A stretch of 63,992 nucleotides of DNA, counting the filler, from Chiloscyllium plagiosum (lineage: Eukaryota): the NCBI RefSeq assembly GCF_004010195.1. It is 4 parts of one record of this genome, joined end to end, with 100 filler letters (N's around TTAATTAATTAA, not from the genome) between each part and the next. Parts side by side here need not be neighbours in the genome. Positions count along the whole stretch, not along the records: positions 33,828 to 56,341 come from NC_057711.1; positions 56,442 to 63,992 come from NC_057711.1; 2 more parts are not named here. One strand, given 5' to 3'. This document shows positions 50,815-63,992 of the stretch, piece by piece. Positions within the stretch are counted from its first letter, which is position 1. Every line of letters begins with the position of its first letter. The notes beneath the pieces are model-generated. The model was not told the DNA's origin, did no database searches, and worked only from the letters and a program-made list of their open reading frames with translations. The translations under genes and the position numbers were made by a program.

Positions 50815-52235
50815 AAGATGGCGCCAGAGGGTGGCAACATTTTGCGAACAGATCTCATTCTTATAATCTACATCTTATAATCATTCTGCTCTTCTAAACC
50901 TCAATTCTAAGTCTAAGTCTATCAGAATTACTATGTTCTCTTAAATCTACTTTCAGGTTTAATGATTCTATGACTGGCAAGGCTCAACTAGTGACACTGG
51001 AATCACAACCTTAGAGCAACCAAAGACCTACCAGCTTCCTGCAAGCCTGACTACCTTGTGGAAACCAGTACTGAGGCCTGACTAGTGCGGGAACAAGACC
51101 TGACCCCACGGTAACCGGACATTTCGGAGGCCCAACCAAACCAGCCACCAGAACTCTCCCTGGAATGCTCAAGGAGCCCAGTCCCCCACTGTGATCACAC
51201 ACATACCACTCGGAGCAGCTGACCTCCTTCACCAATGCCTGGGTTTCAACTCCCCCAGCCCCATACTTCTGGCAAACGTCCGAGCCATTGAGAACAAAAT
51301 GGATGAACTCAAAGCTCGACTCACTTTCCAAACAGAATTGAGAGATTACTGTTTGCTCTGTTTTACAGAGACATGACTGACTGTACCTTATAACCTGAGG
51401 GTTTCTCAGTTCACTAAATGGACTGCTAGGGCAAGGCAAGGGGCAGTGTGGTTTGCCTCCTAATCAACACCTCCTGGTGCTCAGACGTGGCGACTCTGAT
51501 GAATTACTGCTCCTCAGACCTCGAATATTTTACACTAAAGTGGCGTCCCTATTATTTGCTGCACAAGTTTACCTCTGCTATCCTGACAGTGGTCTTCATC
51601 TCACCCCATGTGGAGGTGAAGGGTACACTGAATGTAATATACAACGCCTCAAACAGTCTTGAGACAGAATACACCAAAGCCTTATTCATCATAGCTGATG
51701 ACTTCAACCAGGCCAAACTCAAGAACGTGCTACCAACACACCATCAACACATCTTCTGTCCCACCACTGATCTGAACATCCTTGACCATTGTTATAAAAC
51801 CAAAAATGCCTGCCTTGTGGACATGCAGAATTTGCTTCGCCTTCTGAGGAAATAGATGTTGTTGTACTTTTTTGACCATTGCATTGATGTGAATGGACCA
51901 GGACAGATTGTTGGTGATATTTACTCCCGGGAATTTGATGCTTTTGACCATCTCCACCTCAGCAGCATTGATGCAGACAGGGGCATGTCCTCCACTCTGC
52001 TTCCTGAAGTCAATGATGAGCTCCTTTGTTTTCCTGATGTTGATGGAGAGATTGCTGTCTGTACACCATGCTGCTAAGCCACTATTCTCTTTCTTGTATT
52101 CTGTCTCATCATCGTCTGAGATCCAACAACAACAGTAATGTTGTCTGAAAAGTTGTAAATGGAGTTGGGGTGGAATTTGGCCCCCACAGTTGTGAGTGTA
52201 CAAGGAGTACAGTAGGGGCTGAGAATGCAGCCCTT
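50815..52235. mobile_element. Rex1/Babar-type LINE remnant: endonuclease on + (to about 51810), RT piece on - (about 51810-52235)
   Basis: LLANVRAIENKMDEL...CFTET, RPYYL, DFNQA; minus strand KTKELIIDFRK...NLSWSIHI. Confidence 0.8.
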
Positions 52236-52459
52236 ATTTTCACTTTTCATAGCTTTGAAGCAAACTAAAAACAGTTGAACAAGGAGTTTAGTAAAATATT
52301 TAAATACCAGGGAATTAATGAAAAAAGAGATCTCTGGAGATATTCATCTTTTTAATCCAAAGGGACTTGTGGAATTAATTACCAATTAAGTGAACAGCTG
52401 AGCGTATATAGCAAAGAAAATGACCTAATTGTTTTGGGAGGAGATATGTTTCCTTTCTT

Positions 52460-53370
52460 CCTTGGTTAGGCCATCCCTAATTGCTTTTGAGAAGGTGGTG
52501 GTGAGCTGCCTTCTTGAACCACAAAAGTCCATGTTATATAGGTTGACCTGCAATGCTGTTAAGGAGGAAATTCTAAGTAATTTGATCGAGGGACAGTGAA
52601 GGAACGCCAACATATTTTCAAATCAGGATAGTGAGTGGCTTGGAGGGGAACTCGCCCATGGTAGTATTCCCATGTATCTGCTGCCTTTATCCTTCTAGAT
52701 GGAAGTGATTGTGGGTTTGGAAGATGCTGTCTGAGAAGCATTAATTAGTCCTCATAGCATATTTAGCATATGGGTCACCTTGTGTAGCAGTGAGGACGGG
52801 AATGAATAATGAAAGTGCTGGTTGAGATGCCAATTGAGTAATCTGCTCTGCTCTGGATCATGCCAAGCTTCTTGAATAATGGAGCTGCACTCATCCAGAC
52901 AAGTGGAGAGTATTCCATCACATTTGTGAATTGTATCCTGAAGATGGTGCAAGGTATTGATGAATTGGAAGATGAATTATTTGCCATCAAATTCCCAACC
53001 TCTGGCCTGCTCTTGTCACTATAGTATTTATATGGCTTGTCCAGTTCATTTTCTGCACAATGATGACTCTAGGATAGCGGGAATGGAGGGATTCAGCAGT
53101 GTCAGTGCTACTAAATGTCTACAGAAGACGTTTAGCTTTTCTCTTGTTGGAGGTAGTCATTGCCTGGCATTTGAGTAGGATGAATTCTGATCTGAAGTTG
53201 CCCAGGTTTTGCTGCATACGGACAGTCTTCCTTATCTGAGAAATTATGTATGATGCTGAACATTGTGTAACCATCAACACCTCCACTCCTGAGGAAAGAT
53301 CATTGATGAAAAAGCTCAAGATGGTTAGGCTGAGGTCTCACCCTGGAGAAACTGAGGAGATGATGGGATC
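52460..53370 (-). mobile_element. LINE family 2, 3' portion
   Basis: MEYSPLVWMSAA...LGMIQ, LLRQHLPNP; tail ttcaagaaggcagctcaccaccaccttctcaa..gcaattagggatgg. Confidence 0.8.
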
Positions 53371-53552
53371 CACTGAGGGAAGGTGAAATATCCTTGTGAA
53401 CCTTGAAAATTAGCAAAGATTAGCTTTGATAAAAAAATAGTATTTCTTTCAGAAACACGACTATCCAGAAACAGATCTGAATATCTGTCTGAGGACTAAG
53501 AAGCAGTATAGAGCTTGATTCTGACTCTGTTAACATAATGTGGTGGAGTAAC

Positions 53553-54115
53553 AGTAGTGTAGTGGATGTTGGCACTGGATTATGAATCTTAATACCCAGG
53601 CTAATACTCTCAGGAAAATGATTCAAATCCTGCCATAGTGAAATTTGAATCAGAAAACAAGAGCTGGAATTCGATAGAGGTAACCCTACAGAGGCTGTTA
53701 TCCTGTCACCAAGTCACCCTTTATTTACTTACGGAGAGTCTGTGATACTGATGCAGCTTTCTCTGACCCAGCTCTCAGAGTGAACTGTGCCTCTCACATT
53801 CCTGTGTAAGTATGTCAGCCAGAGCTCCCTGATTGGACCAGACTAACAGCCCCAATCAGGAAACTCATATTCTATGAGATCTACCTGGCTGACTTCATTA
53901 CAATCACTACAGCAGCCATTATAGAATTTTGTAAAAATCCATCTGGTTCAAGAATATCCTTTTGGGAATAATATCAGTCATTCTCACCTGGTCTGATCTA
54001 CATGTGACCCCAGACTCTTAAATGCCCTCTGAGATGGCACTCAGTTCAGGATGAAGTGAGGGCTGGTAATAAATGCTGGCTCAACTAATGACATCCATAT
54101 CCCATGAATGACCAA
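53553..54115 (+). mobile_element. Second-family SINE interrupted by a short solo LTR (-, about 53675-53911)
   Basis: SINE head before 53672 and body after 53912; the insert reads TGTAGTG... on minus with CCAAT boxes and AATAAA. Confidence 0.65.
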
Positions 54116-54687
54116 ACCAAAATACTGCAATAGGGAAAGTGGCCTCATCATTTCCTTCAGAATTTGAGGTAAGAACATTGAGTGACATCTCCTTCAAGGG
54201 ATGCCTTGTGCACATTGAGGTATCTCGATCCCCACTTCCCAATTTTGTGCATCCCCTCAGCCTCCAAAATTCAAACACCTAAACTCCTTTCCGTAGAGTC
54301 CCCTGATTTCTCCCTGTCAAAAATCCCCAACTTACCTTAGTCTGACATCCGTGACAGATCATCCTCTCTTATAATCCCAGCAGTGTCCACAATTTCCTTC
54401 TGGTTCTGCTGGGACTATTCAGCTGCCAGCCCTGGAGGTAGAAGTTCCATATTTATCTCATAAGGTCACTCTCACCATCTCAATACCATGGGGCAGTCTT
54501 TAAATGATCAACCATCTACTGGAGTGGGACAATCAACATGCCTCTCTCCACAAAATAAAGCCCAAGAAGTTAGACCGAAAGTACAGACGGGCGCAGATCC
54601 GTCAAAACCAACACCAACAGATTTATCCATTTTGTTAGTGCCCTGTTTACAGCAGTGTATACAGTCACCATCCTGTCAGAGTACAAT

Positions 54688-54796
54688 GGAGAAAGTGAGG
54701 ACTGCAGATACTGGAGATTAGAGTCGAAAAGCATGGCACTGGAAAAGCACAGCAGGTCAGGCAGCATCCGAGGAACGGGAGAGTTGACATTTCGGG
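54688..54796 (-). mobile_element. PLE pseudo-LTR fragment
   Basis: ggagaaagtgaggactgcagat...ggcagcatccgagg. Confidence 0.8.
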
Positions 54797-55844
54797 AGTA
54801 TTAGACTACTATGGCGCTTAAAGAGAAATCGAAATGTCCAGCATTTAACCAACAGATTGACTCCACAAAATGCCACTTTTTTAAACAAAAAGCACAATTA
54901 CTGTATACAAGAATGAAACATAGCAAGCACCATTTAGTTAATACTATAGTTTAAAATTACTAATGATATAAACTCAGTTCTATGTTTTACTTCCCTCCAA
55001 GAATTCTCTTGTACATTAGAAGAAATTTGAACGTTCATTCAGTTTTCCTCGGAACAGCACAAAGGTATACCACAGGACCCCACCAGAAGTTACTTTAATT
55101 TCTCTCCTGGTGATGCAGCTGTTCTTCCATTTGTTTTTGGCCAAATAATTCTTCAAATTCCTTTTAAAACCTCATGACTTCACAACTCAAGCTTAGATTT
55201 CACTGTATTATCTGGACTTACTGCTGATTTTCACTATGAGCATCACTGTAGTTGCTTTTTCTAGCTCTAAGCTAGACAAAATCTTCAGGGTTCTTCAACT
55301 TCTATCATACCCCACTCCATATATTCCAAGTTTTCTAACTGTCCAAATGGATTTCATTGTGAGAGCCATTGTATTTATTTCTCGAGCTTCAAACTAGCGA
55401 ATATAGTCGCTTTATTCATCATAAAATTAAAACTGTATTTTCTCTGCTTAAGGTGCAGGCCCAACTAAGAAATAACTTCTGATGGCTTATTCAACCCAGT
55501 GAGATGCTGACTACACCAAAGCAAAATGGCCACTGCCTTCTGTAAGCAACACCCAGATCCTGACTGATTTCCTCTTTGCCTGTTCCAAGCTGACTGGTTA
55601 CTGGCTATTGATTCTGTGAGCAACACACATATCTACGCAAATTAAACAAAAGCATCTTCTAACTCCCACTGTCCAACTCCACTGAATGCTTTGTAATGTT
55701 CTCAAACAGAAATGCAATCATATTTTACATTCAACACAACTCTCTGATTCTGTAACCAACATGAATAATTTCTAAATAAGTTATAAAACTCCTTATCTCA
55801 GAATAGCTAGCTTTTAGATGCTTCTATGGATATAACGATAGACA

Positions 55845-56341
55845 GTTGAAACTTTATTCCTGGAACAGCACAGCAGGTCAGGCAGCATCCAGGGAACAGG
55901 AGATTCGACGTTTCGGGCACAGGCCCTTCTTCAGGAATGAGCAGAGAGTGTTCAGCAGGAGAAGATAAAAGGTAGGGAGGAGGGACTTGGAGGAGGGGCG
56001 TTGGAAATGTGATAGGTGGAAAGAGGTCAAGGTGAGGGTGATAGGTCGGAGTAGGATGGAGGCGGAGAGGTCAACAGTCTCGGACTCCTCCCTCCCCTTC
56101 CTAGACCTTTCTGTTTCTATCTCAGGCGACCGAATCAACACGGACATCTACTACAAACCAACCGACTCCCACAGCTACCTGGACTACACCTCCCATCCTG
56201 CCCCCTGTAAAAACGCCAACCCATTCTCCCAATTCCTTCGACTCCGCCGCATCTGCTCCCAGAAGGACCAGTTCAAAATACGTACAACACAGATGGCCTC
56301 CTTCTTCAAGGACCGCAATTTCCCCCCCGACATGGTCGACG
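55845..56341 (+). mobile_element. Penelope-like element: inverted pseudo-LTR, then RT thumb region
   Basis: LPFLDLSV...TDIYYKPTDSHSYLDY...SQFLRLRRICS. Confidence 0.9.
55903..55938 (-). ncRNA. Minimal hammerhead motif, best preserved copy
   Basis: AUUC-CUGAAGA-A-GGGC cugu GCCC-GAAA-C-GUC-GAAU: 4-bp stem I, GUC triplet, palindromic ACGU stem III. Confidence 0.7.
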
Positions 56342-56441
56342 NNNNNNNNNNNNNNNNNNNNNNNNNNNNNNNNNNNNNNNNNNNNTTAATTAATTAANNN
56401 NNNNNNNNNNNNNNNNNNNNNNNNNNNNNNNNNNNNNNNNN
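56342..56441. other. 100-nt scaffold spacer with TTAATTAATTAA
   Basis: As at 17686. Confidence 0.97.
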
Positions 56442-56850
56442 GGCGGGTCGGTGTGGACTTGTTGGGCAGAAGTGCCTGTTTCCACATTGTAAAGTAATCT
56501 AAATCTAAATCTAATTGGATAGGATAAATAGACAAAGTCATTTCCATGGGTTGGGGGAGTCCAGAACTAGAGGGCATAGGTTTAGGGTGAGAGGGGAAAG
56601 ATATAAAAGAGACTTAAGGGGCAACCTTTTCATGCAGAGGGTGATACATATGTGGAATGAGCTACCAGAGGATGTGGTGGAGGCTGGTACAATTGCAGCA
56701 TTTAAAAGGCACTTGGATGGGTATATGAATAGAAAGGGTTTGTAGGGATATGGGCCGGGTGTTGGCAGGTGGGACTAGATTGGGTTGGGATATCTGGTTG
56801 GCATGGATGGGTTAGACCGAAGGGTCTGTTTCCATGCTGAACATCTCTAT
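56442..56850 (+). mobile_element. HE1 tail followed by CR1 3' end
   Basis: gtgtggacttgttggg...aatctaaatcta; then LFMQRVIHMWNELPE. Confidence 0.88.
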
Positions 56851-57044
56851 CCGAAACAATCGCTACAATCACTAGGGGATTAGTCACCATACTAACTAGG
56901 TCAGTTACAAGGTGTTATTTTCAAGAGGATCTTGTGGTAAGAGTGAGTGAGAATGAGACATAGTTTAGCCAAAGAAGGATTCAACATTGGGTACCAGGAG
57001 GATCTCCTCCTCTTTCTCTTCATCCCGCAAGGATAATTAAAGGT

Positions 57045-57325
57045 AACATTTGAAAAGACATGCTACCCAGCAGGACACAGGAACATCACCACATACAAAT
57101 GTCCGTCCAAACCACACATGTACACCTTACTGGGAAGTATATCACTTGCCTTTCAGCATTGCTGGATCAAAATGCTGCAATTCCCTCCCTAACAGAACTG
57201 TGAGCCTCCCTACACCACATGGACTGCAGCGATTCAAATACTGCTACTTTCTTCAGGGAATTAATAAATGGGTAATAAATGCAGGCCTTGTTAACGACAC
57301 CCACATCCTGTGAATGAATTAAAAA
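57045..57325 (+). mobile_element. LINE family 2, 3' end
   Basis: GSKCCNSLPNRTV.LPTPHGLQRFK; tail aataaatgc...cccacatcc.gtgaatgaa. Confidence 0.78.
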
Positions 57326-58509
57326 GAGCTACCTTAACTGACATTTCTGGCCTTGGTTGTCCTCAATTGGCAGGAAAGCCACACTGTCTTCCGTATTCAG
57401 GCAAGAGCGAGATTTGCATTTGAGCCCCACTGATGTCAATAATTGGATCGTGATCTGAATACTCAAGGAAGGCTTCACCATCTACCAGCTGGTATCTCTT
57501 CTGCCTGCTCAGAAGAACGGGTTAATACACTGGATAATGGCATATAGTGTATTGATAGCCATCCCAACCCAATCTTAACTGCCTACCTACCCAGAATATG
57601 TCAAATAGACAAGGTTAACGTCCATTTCTATCAGTAGAAGAGTTATTCAGTGTTTCAGTTTACAGATGCAATGTATTATGTCCTTCCCATGTTTACTACA
57701 TCTACAATTGAGGTAAGATTTTTAATTCAATATGCATATTTAAAATAAGAGGAGCATTGAGCAGTACTAGTACACTGTAGAAAGCACCAGTGATAGAGTC
57801 CAGTAGCACTGCAGCTACTAGCATTGCACTGACCAGGGAAATTGTAGCTGGAATAGTCTATAAATTGCAATATGCTCTTCTATAGAAAATGAAACAGATA
57901 TCAGAGGCCAGGACTTCACCCCACCCTGCACACTAGCCTGAATAATTAAAACTGCTTTATGAAAGATTGCGAGGTAGCTCAAATGAATTTCATAATATCT
58001 AAATTCCTCCTTGGCAGAATTTCAATTAAATGTAAGTACCTGTCCAATTGAAGTGGGCGTAGTATAAGAATCAGTTATGAAGATTAATATGGGTGACAGT
58101 GAGACTGGACTGGATTCCAAATTGTTGTCACTGTTCGCGTTAGTGGCCTGACTGGTGAAACGTAACCTACTTTACACCTTTAATTTTCTTGCTGTAAGGG
58201 GTGTAATACAGATGAGTGACAGCATGGATGAGATTAAACTCATAACCTGCATTATTTGAATAACTGCCCAATATTACCCAAGTTCAAAGCGTTTTGATTC
58301 TCCCCAATACATTGGCTGGATCACTGAGCTCTGATATTCATTTGTGCTTTTGAATGAGAATAAACTAGGCAACCTAGGTTAAACTTACACACGTATCACT
58401 TCTGCCATCTTTCTAACTTTATTAGTTGGGGGTCAAAGGCAAAGGCCACCTTACACAATGCAGATCAGTGATGCTCTAAAATAGGATGTTGATACAATTT
58501 AGTCTTTTA

Positions 58510-59250
58510 TGAAATATGATCATCACTGGCAAAGAATGTTCTTGTGAGTGTGGTGCAAAACTTTTTCTTGAACCCTGACAGTCACCTGTATTTGGTATAT
58601 CCATGGTGCTGTTAAGAAGGGAGCACTAGGTTTGTGAACCAGTGACTCTAAAGTGATATAGTTTCAAGTCTCACTAGTGGCTTGGAGGGGAACTTGCGGG
58701 TTACTGCTGAATAGGTGCTGCTGATAGCACTGTCAGTGATTACTTCCTTTACTTTGCTGATGATCAAGAGTAGACTGATTGGGCAGGAATTGGCTGGATT
58801 AGATTTGTCCTGGACAATTTTCCATACTTCTGCTTGATGCCGATGTTGTCACTGTACTGGGACAGGTTGGTAGGGTGCAGCTAGTTCTGGAACACAAGCT
58901 TTCAATATCATTATCGGAATGTTGTCAGGGTCCAGAGCTCTTGCAGTCTCAGCTATTTCTTGACATTACGCGTTTAGAATCATATTGGCTAAGGACTGAC
59001 AGCTGTGTTATGGGAACCTCAGAGTGAGGCTGAAATACATCAATTTGATCAGCCACTTCAGAGGGCAGCTAAGTGCCAACTAACTTGTTGTGGTCTGTTT
59101 TCCTGTACAGGTCAGGCTGGGTAAGAACAGTAGATTTTCTTCACTGACTGAGCCTGTTAGGTATTTCCAGCAATCCAGCTGTTTCATGGATACGATCACT
59201 GTGACTGGCTTTTAGTTTCAAATGCATTAATTGACTGAATGTAAACTCTA
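58510..59250 (-). mobile_element. Internally deleted LINE family 2 copy with SINE-like head at about 59050-59250
   Basis: Matches the 52460 element (ggcttggaggggaact) and the SINE body (ttcagagggcag...tgtggtctg). Confidence 0.6.
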
Positions 59251-59689
59251 CCAGTTAGCAAGTACCAATAAGTGAAACATTGAAAGTTGTTTCAGAAACT
59301 GAGGACGGGTGAACTTTTTAGCGAGTGGGGCCAGGAAAGAAGATTCTACCGCACAAAAACCAAACTGCTCAATGTCATTCTCTAAGGCTCCAACCACATT
59401 AATCAGAGATTGGATTGCCTGAATGATGGAGTGGTTGAATTTTCCTATGTATTTTACAGAGCTACCAGTCAAAGAAGGATCCTAAGCATTCTTGCAACCC
59501 CAAATCTGATGTGAACCACACTTCGAGATCCATCACCTAATGCACCTTTTCTGAGGGGGAGCTTTCTTCAGTTCAGCAGGAGTTATAATTTCATAATTCA
59601 TTGTTTACCCAATAGTCTCAGTCCTATAACATTCCATGATCACTGTGCTTTTCAATTTCTGGCTTTTTGAGCTTCCCTAATGTTCATCA

Positions 59690-59930
59690 GTCCACACAAC
59701 TGCCAATTAAATCTTTTAAATTCTCTTCTTAAATCTCTCTGCATTTCCATTTTTGTCTTCTTCTATGAGATATACCTTAACATCTCACTCCTTGTCCATC
59801 TGATCAAATATCTCCTTATGTGGATCAATGCTTCAATGCTCAAGGCTCAATTTAGTTCGGTAATACTCCTGCTGAAACACCTTGTGACATTTTACTCTGT
59901 TAGACTCATTTCATAAGTACAATTTGCTCT
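59690..59930 (+). mobile_element. L2-type 3' end remnant
   Basis: tgaaacaccttgtgacattttactctgtta tail motif. Confidence 0.5.
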
Positions 59931-61159
59931 TGAAACGAGAATTAAATTGAGCTTATGTTCTTTGGGAAAGATACATTGAAATTACGTTTTCTATTTTCAG
60001 CACAATGAAGGACACCAATGACATGGATGTATCAAAAATAAGTGGCCTGGTAAAGATTTAAGATAGGGGACTCAGATGTCAATGAATAGTTAAAGGATAA
60101 GAATAGGAGTCAAATAGAGCTTTTTCATTCAAAGGTTGTTTAAAATAGGAAGATTTAAAACAGATAGTAAAACCGAATTTAAGAGGGAATTAGATGCATT
60201 TGTAGAAATAGGTATTAAAGGACTTTGAATTTGAGTGTTATTGTATGAATAATATCATACTGGTATTAAATTTCTCCCCTGCTTACTTTAATGTAGGCGT
60301 TAACCAGTATATCTTAATCTTGATCTATGATAAAAAGGGACAGATTTGTTTGTGCCTTACGGCTTACCCTTACTAAAAATTCTTGTGTTTTCATTGAAAA
60401 TGCCACCTATACTAGTCTAAGCCAGATAATTGCTTGTATCATTCAATATGTGTTCAGAATGTTAAACATCAGAGCTGCCTCTCTGTGAGAGTGGTTAGCA
60501 TTTCTCTCGTTAACCTTCTGTTCCTTCTGTCCTTCCTTGCTTCGATTGATCTGATAAAAAGTTGCTCCAATTTCTTGCCTGAATATGTCTGAATGTATGT
60601 GTGATAATAACTGCTTCCTTTTACTTTCAGACCCTCGATGAAATACCCATCCAACAGTAACAAAGCAAGACAAGAAATTGGGGTGTAATTGTTACAATAC
60701 ACTATTCCCATCGGGGAGCCATCCAGTTAGTGTTAATCTAACAATATGCAAGAAGCAGATATATCATCAAGGAAAGGATGGTGAATTTCCTCCACCATTG
60801 CAGCAGCCAAATGGTATAACCTGGTGGTTTATGGATCCATAGAGGGCCAGAAACCTGTCATACCTTTTGCCATCCCTTTTTACATTCAACCAAAACTCCT
60901 GCCAAAAGCCGAGTCGGCACTTAATATGTCTGACCACATATTGGTAGACGTGTCAGATGATATCATATAGCTGCACCCATCATTTGACTGCCACTTGCTC
61001 TGGGGATTTGTGAGTGGGGAGAATTGAATGTTTTAAAGAATAGTTTCAAGCAAGAAAGCAATATATGGTAGCCAAGAAGAGAGACAGCAAATTATATTTA
61101 CAGCACCCTCTAACGTAAAAAAAAACCCACCGAGTTGCTTATGTGAGTGTTATTAAAAA

Positions 61160-63055
61160 GACTATAAGATATAGGAGTACAATTAGATCATTCAGCCCAT
61201 CAAGTCTGGTCCACCTTTCAATCACAGCTGATTTGTTTCTCAACCCCTTTCGGCTCCCTGTATCACTTGATCCACTTCCTAATCGAGAACCTACTTACCA
61301 CTGCTTTAAACAGATTCCATCAATTGGCCTCCACAGCCCTCAGCAGCAAGGAGTTCCACGGATTCACCACCACAAGGAATTTCTCCTCATCTCAGTTCTA
61401 AATGGTTGCTCCTTTACTCTGAGCTGTGCCCTTAGGGCCTAATCTGTCCTACTGATGGAAACTTCTTCTCCATGTCCACTCTATCCAGGCATCTCAGGAT
61501 TCTATAAGTTTCAGTGAGATTGCCCCCACTATCCTTCTAAAATCCATTGAGTAAAGACCCAGAGTCCTCAACAACTCCTCATATGACAATCCCTTCACCT
61601 CTAGTATCATTCATGTAAACTTTCTCTGGGCCCCTCCAATGCCAGCACATCTGTCCTTAGATACAGGGCCCAAAAATGCCCACAATATTCCAATGTGTCT
61701 GACCAGAGCCTCAGCAGTCTATTTTTGCTCTTGTATTCTATCCCTCTTGAAATGAATGCTGACATTGCATTTGCTTTCCTAACTGCCAACTGAACCTGCA
61801 TGTTGACCTTAAGAGAAGTCGGAACCAAGACTCCTAAATCCTTCCATGCTTCAGATTACTGAAACCTTTCCCCATTTAGAAAATAGTCTATGATTCTATT
61901 GTTCTGACCAAAGTGAATAATCTCACAGTTTCCAACACTGTATTCCATCTGACAGTTATTTGCCTACCTTTTTAGCCTGTTAAAGTTCTTCTGTAGTCTC
62001 CCATATCCTCAGCACTACCTGTTCCTTCATTTATATTTGTATCATCTACAAACTTAGCAACAATGCCCTCAGTTCCCTCATCCAGGTTATTAATGTATAA
62101 TGTAAAGAGTTGTGATCTCAGTACTGACCCCTGCGGAACTCCACTAGTCACTGGCTCCCATTTTGAAAGAGACCCCTTTATCCCTACTCTCTGCCTTCTG
62201 CCAGTAAGCTAATCTTCTATCCATGCCAGTACCTTAGTCGTAAAAGCATGGACTCTTATCTTCTTTAGCAGCCACTTGGGTAATACCTTATCAAAGGCCT
62301 TCCAGAAATCCCATTGGGTCATGTCCACTGGCTCTCCATTGTCTAACTTGCTCATTATTTCCTCAAAGAATTCTAGCAGATTTGTCTGTCATGACCACCC
62401 CTTTGACCTAGCTGTGCTGGCTCAGTCTTATTTTACCAGGCATTTCCAAGCACTCTGCAATCTCATCCTTAATAATGGACTCTAAACTTTTACTAAGGGC
62501 AAGCAAAATAGCCTTTAGTTTCTTGATTTCTGTCTCCCTCCCTTCTTATCTGGGGTTTACATTAGCCATTTTCCAGTCCTCTCCAATCCTCCCTGACTCC
62601 AATGATTCCTGAAAGATTACCACCAATGTCTCTACAATCTCCTCAGCTATTTCCTTCAGAAGTCTGGACTGTAGTCCATCTGATCAGGTGATTTATCCAT
62701 CTTCAAATCTTTCATGTTCACCTTTGTCTTCATGATGCTCTCTACACTCATCTCTGCCCCCAACTGTCTTGAATTTTGAGCATGCTGCTGGTACCTTCCA
62801 CTGTGAAATCTGATACAAATTACATTATCAGTTCTTGTGCTATATTTTGTTCCCCATTATTACTTCTCCAGTCTTATTTTTAACCAGTCCAATGACCATT
62901 CTTGTGTCTATATACCTTTATATATCTAAAAGGACTATTGCAATCTTCTTTTATATTACGAGCCAGCTTATCCTCATATTCATTTTCTTCCCCCACTATT
63001 GCTTTTGCAGTTATCCTCTGCTTTTTTTAAAGGCTACCCAATCCTCTGCCTTCTC
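61160..63055 (-). mobile_element. CR1 LINE RT and 3' end, decayed (short plus-strand CR1 piece follows at 63056-63230)
   Basis: DFWKAFDKVLP, AVRKANAM, LEYCGHFW; CR1 3' UTR near 61170. Confidence 0.88.
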
Positions 63056-63229
63056 ACAAGAAAGGATGTTGTGAAATTTGAAAGGGTTCAGAAAAGATTT
63101 ACAAGAATGTTACCTGGGTTGGAGGATTTGAGCTATAGGGAGAGGTTGAACAGGCTGCCAGAGGAAGTGGAGGAGGCTAGTGCAAGTGCAACATTTAAAG
63201 GGCATCTGGATGGGTATATGAAGGGGAAG

Positions 63230-63992
63230 GGATTCTGGATCAGTGGTGTTGGAAGAGCACAGCAATTCAGGCAGCATCCGAGGATAGGCAAAATTGACGT
63301 TTCGGGCAAAAGCCCTTCATCAGGAATAAAGGCAGAGAGCCTGAAGCGTGGACAGATAAGCTAGAGGAGGGTGGGGGTGGGGAGAGAGTGGCATAGAGCA
63401 CAATAGGTCAGTGGGGAAGGAGATGAAGGTGATAGGTCAGGGAGGAGAGGGTGGAGTGGATAGGTGGAAAAGGAGCTGGGCAGGTCGGACAAGTCCGGAC
63501 AGGTCAGGGGATCGAGTTTCTGGAGGTTAGAAGCTAGGATGAGGTGGGGGAAGGGGAAATGAGGAAACTGTTAAAATCCACATTGATGCCCTGGGGTTGA
63601 AGTGTTCCGAGGCAGAAGATGAGGCGTTCTTCCTCCAGGCATCTGGTGGTGAGGGAGCGGCGGTGAAGGAGGCCCAGCACCTCCATGTCCTCCGTAGAGT
63701 GGGAGGGGGAGTTGAAATGTTGAGCCACGGGGCGATTTGGTTGATTGGTGCGGGTGTCTCGGAGATGTTCCCTAAAGCGCTCTGCTAGGAGGCGTCCAGT
63801 CTCCCCAATGTAGAGGAGACCGCATCGGGAGCAACGGATACAATAAATAATATTAGTGGATGTGCAGGTAAAACTTTGATGGATGTGGAAAGCTCCTTTG
63901 GGGCCTTGGATAGAAGTGAGGGAGGAGGTGTGGGCGCAGGTTTTACAGTTCCTGCGGTGGCAGGGGAAAGTGCCAGGATAGGAGGGTGGGTC
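63230..63992 (-). mobile_element. Penelope-like element 3' end: GIY-YIG endonuclease and pseudo-LTR with hammerhead (63292-63327)
   Basis: CKTC...NIIYCIRCSRCGLLYIGETGR..ERFREH...VAQHFN...GTLQPQGIN; runs off the window end. Confidence 0.93.

Overview
Eukaryotic, repeat-dense genomic DNA from a cartilaginous fish, most likely a shark (inferred from HE1-type tRNA-derived SINEs and their CR1/HER1-type LINE partners). The only host gene I can support is PDLIM3 (ALP) on the minus strand: two GT-AG coding exons (47391-47542 and 46972-47056) missed by the ORF track. I could not find exon 1 or exons 4 onward, so most of the window is probably PDLIM3 intron. The rest contains nested CR1 LINEs, a second LINE family whose 5' end is a tRNA-headed SINE-like sequence, RTE, Rex/Babar and L2 LINE remnants, several Penelope-like elements carrying minimal hammerhead ribozyme motifs, a deleted Gypsy element and solo LTRs, a decayed class I endogenous retrovirus, a ~7.9-kb 33-bp hairpin satellite with an internal fold-back inversion, and a 36-bp minisatellite. 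There are four assembly gaps, three with an artificial TTAATTAATTAA linker. Family names come from motif recognition, not database searches, and repeat boundaries are approximate.
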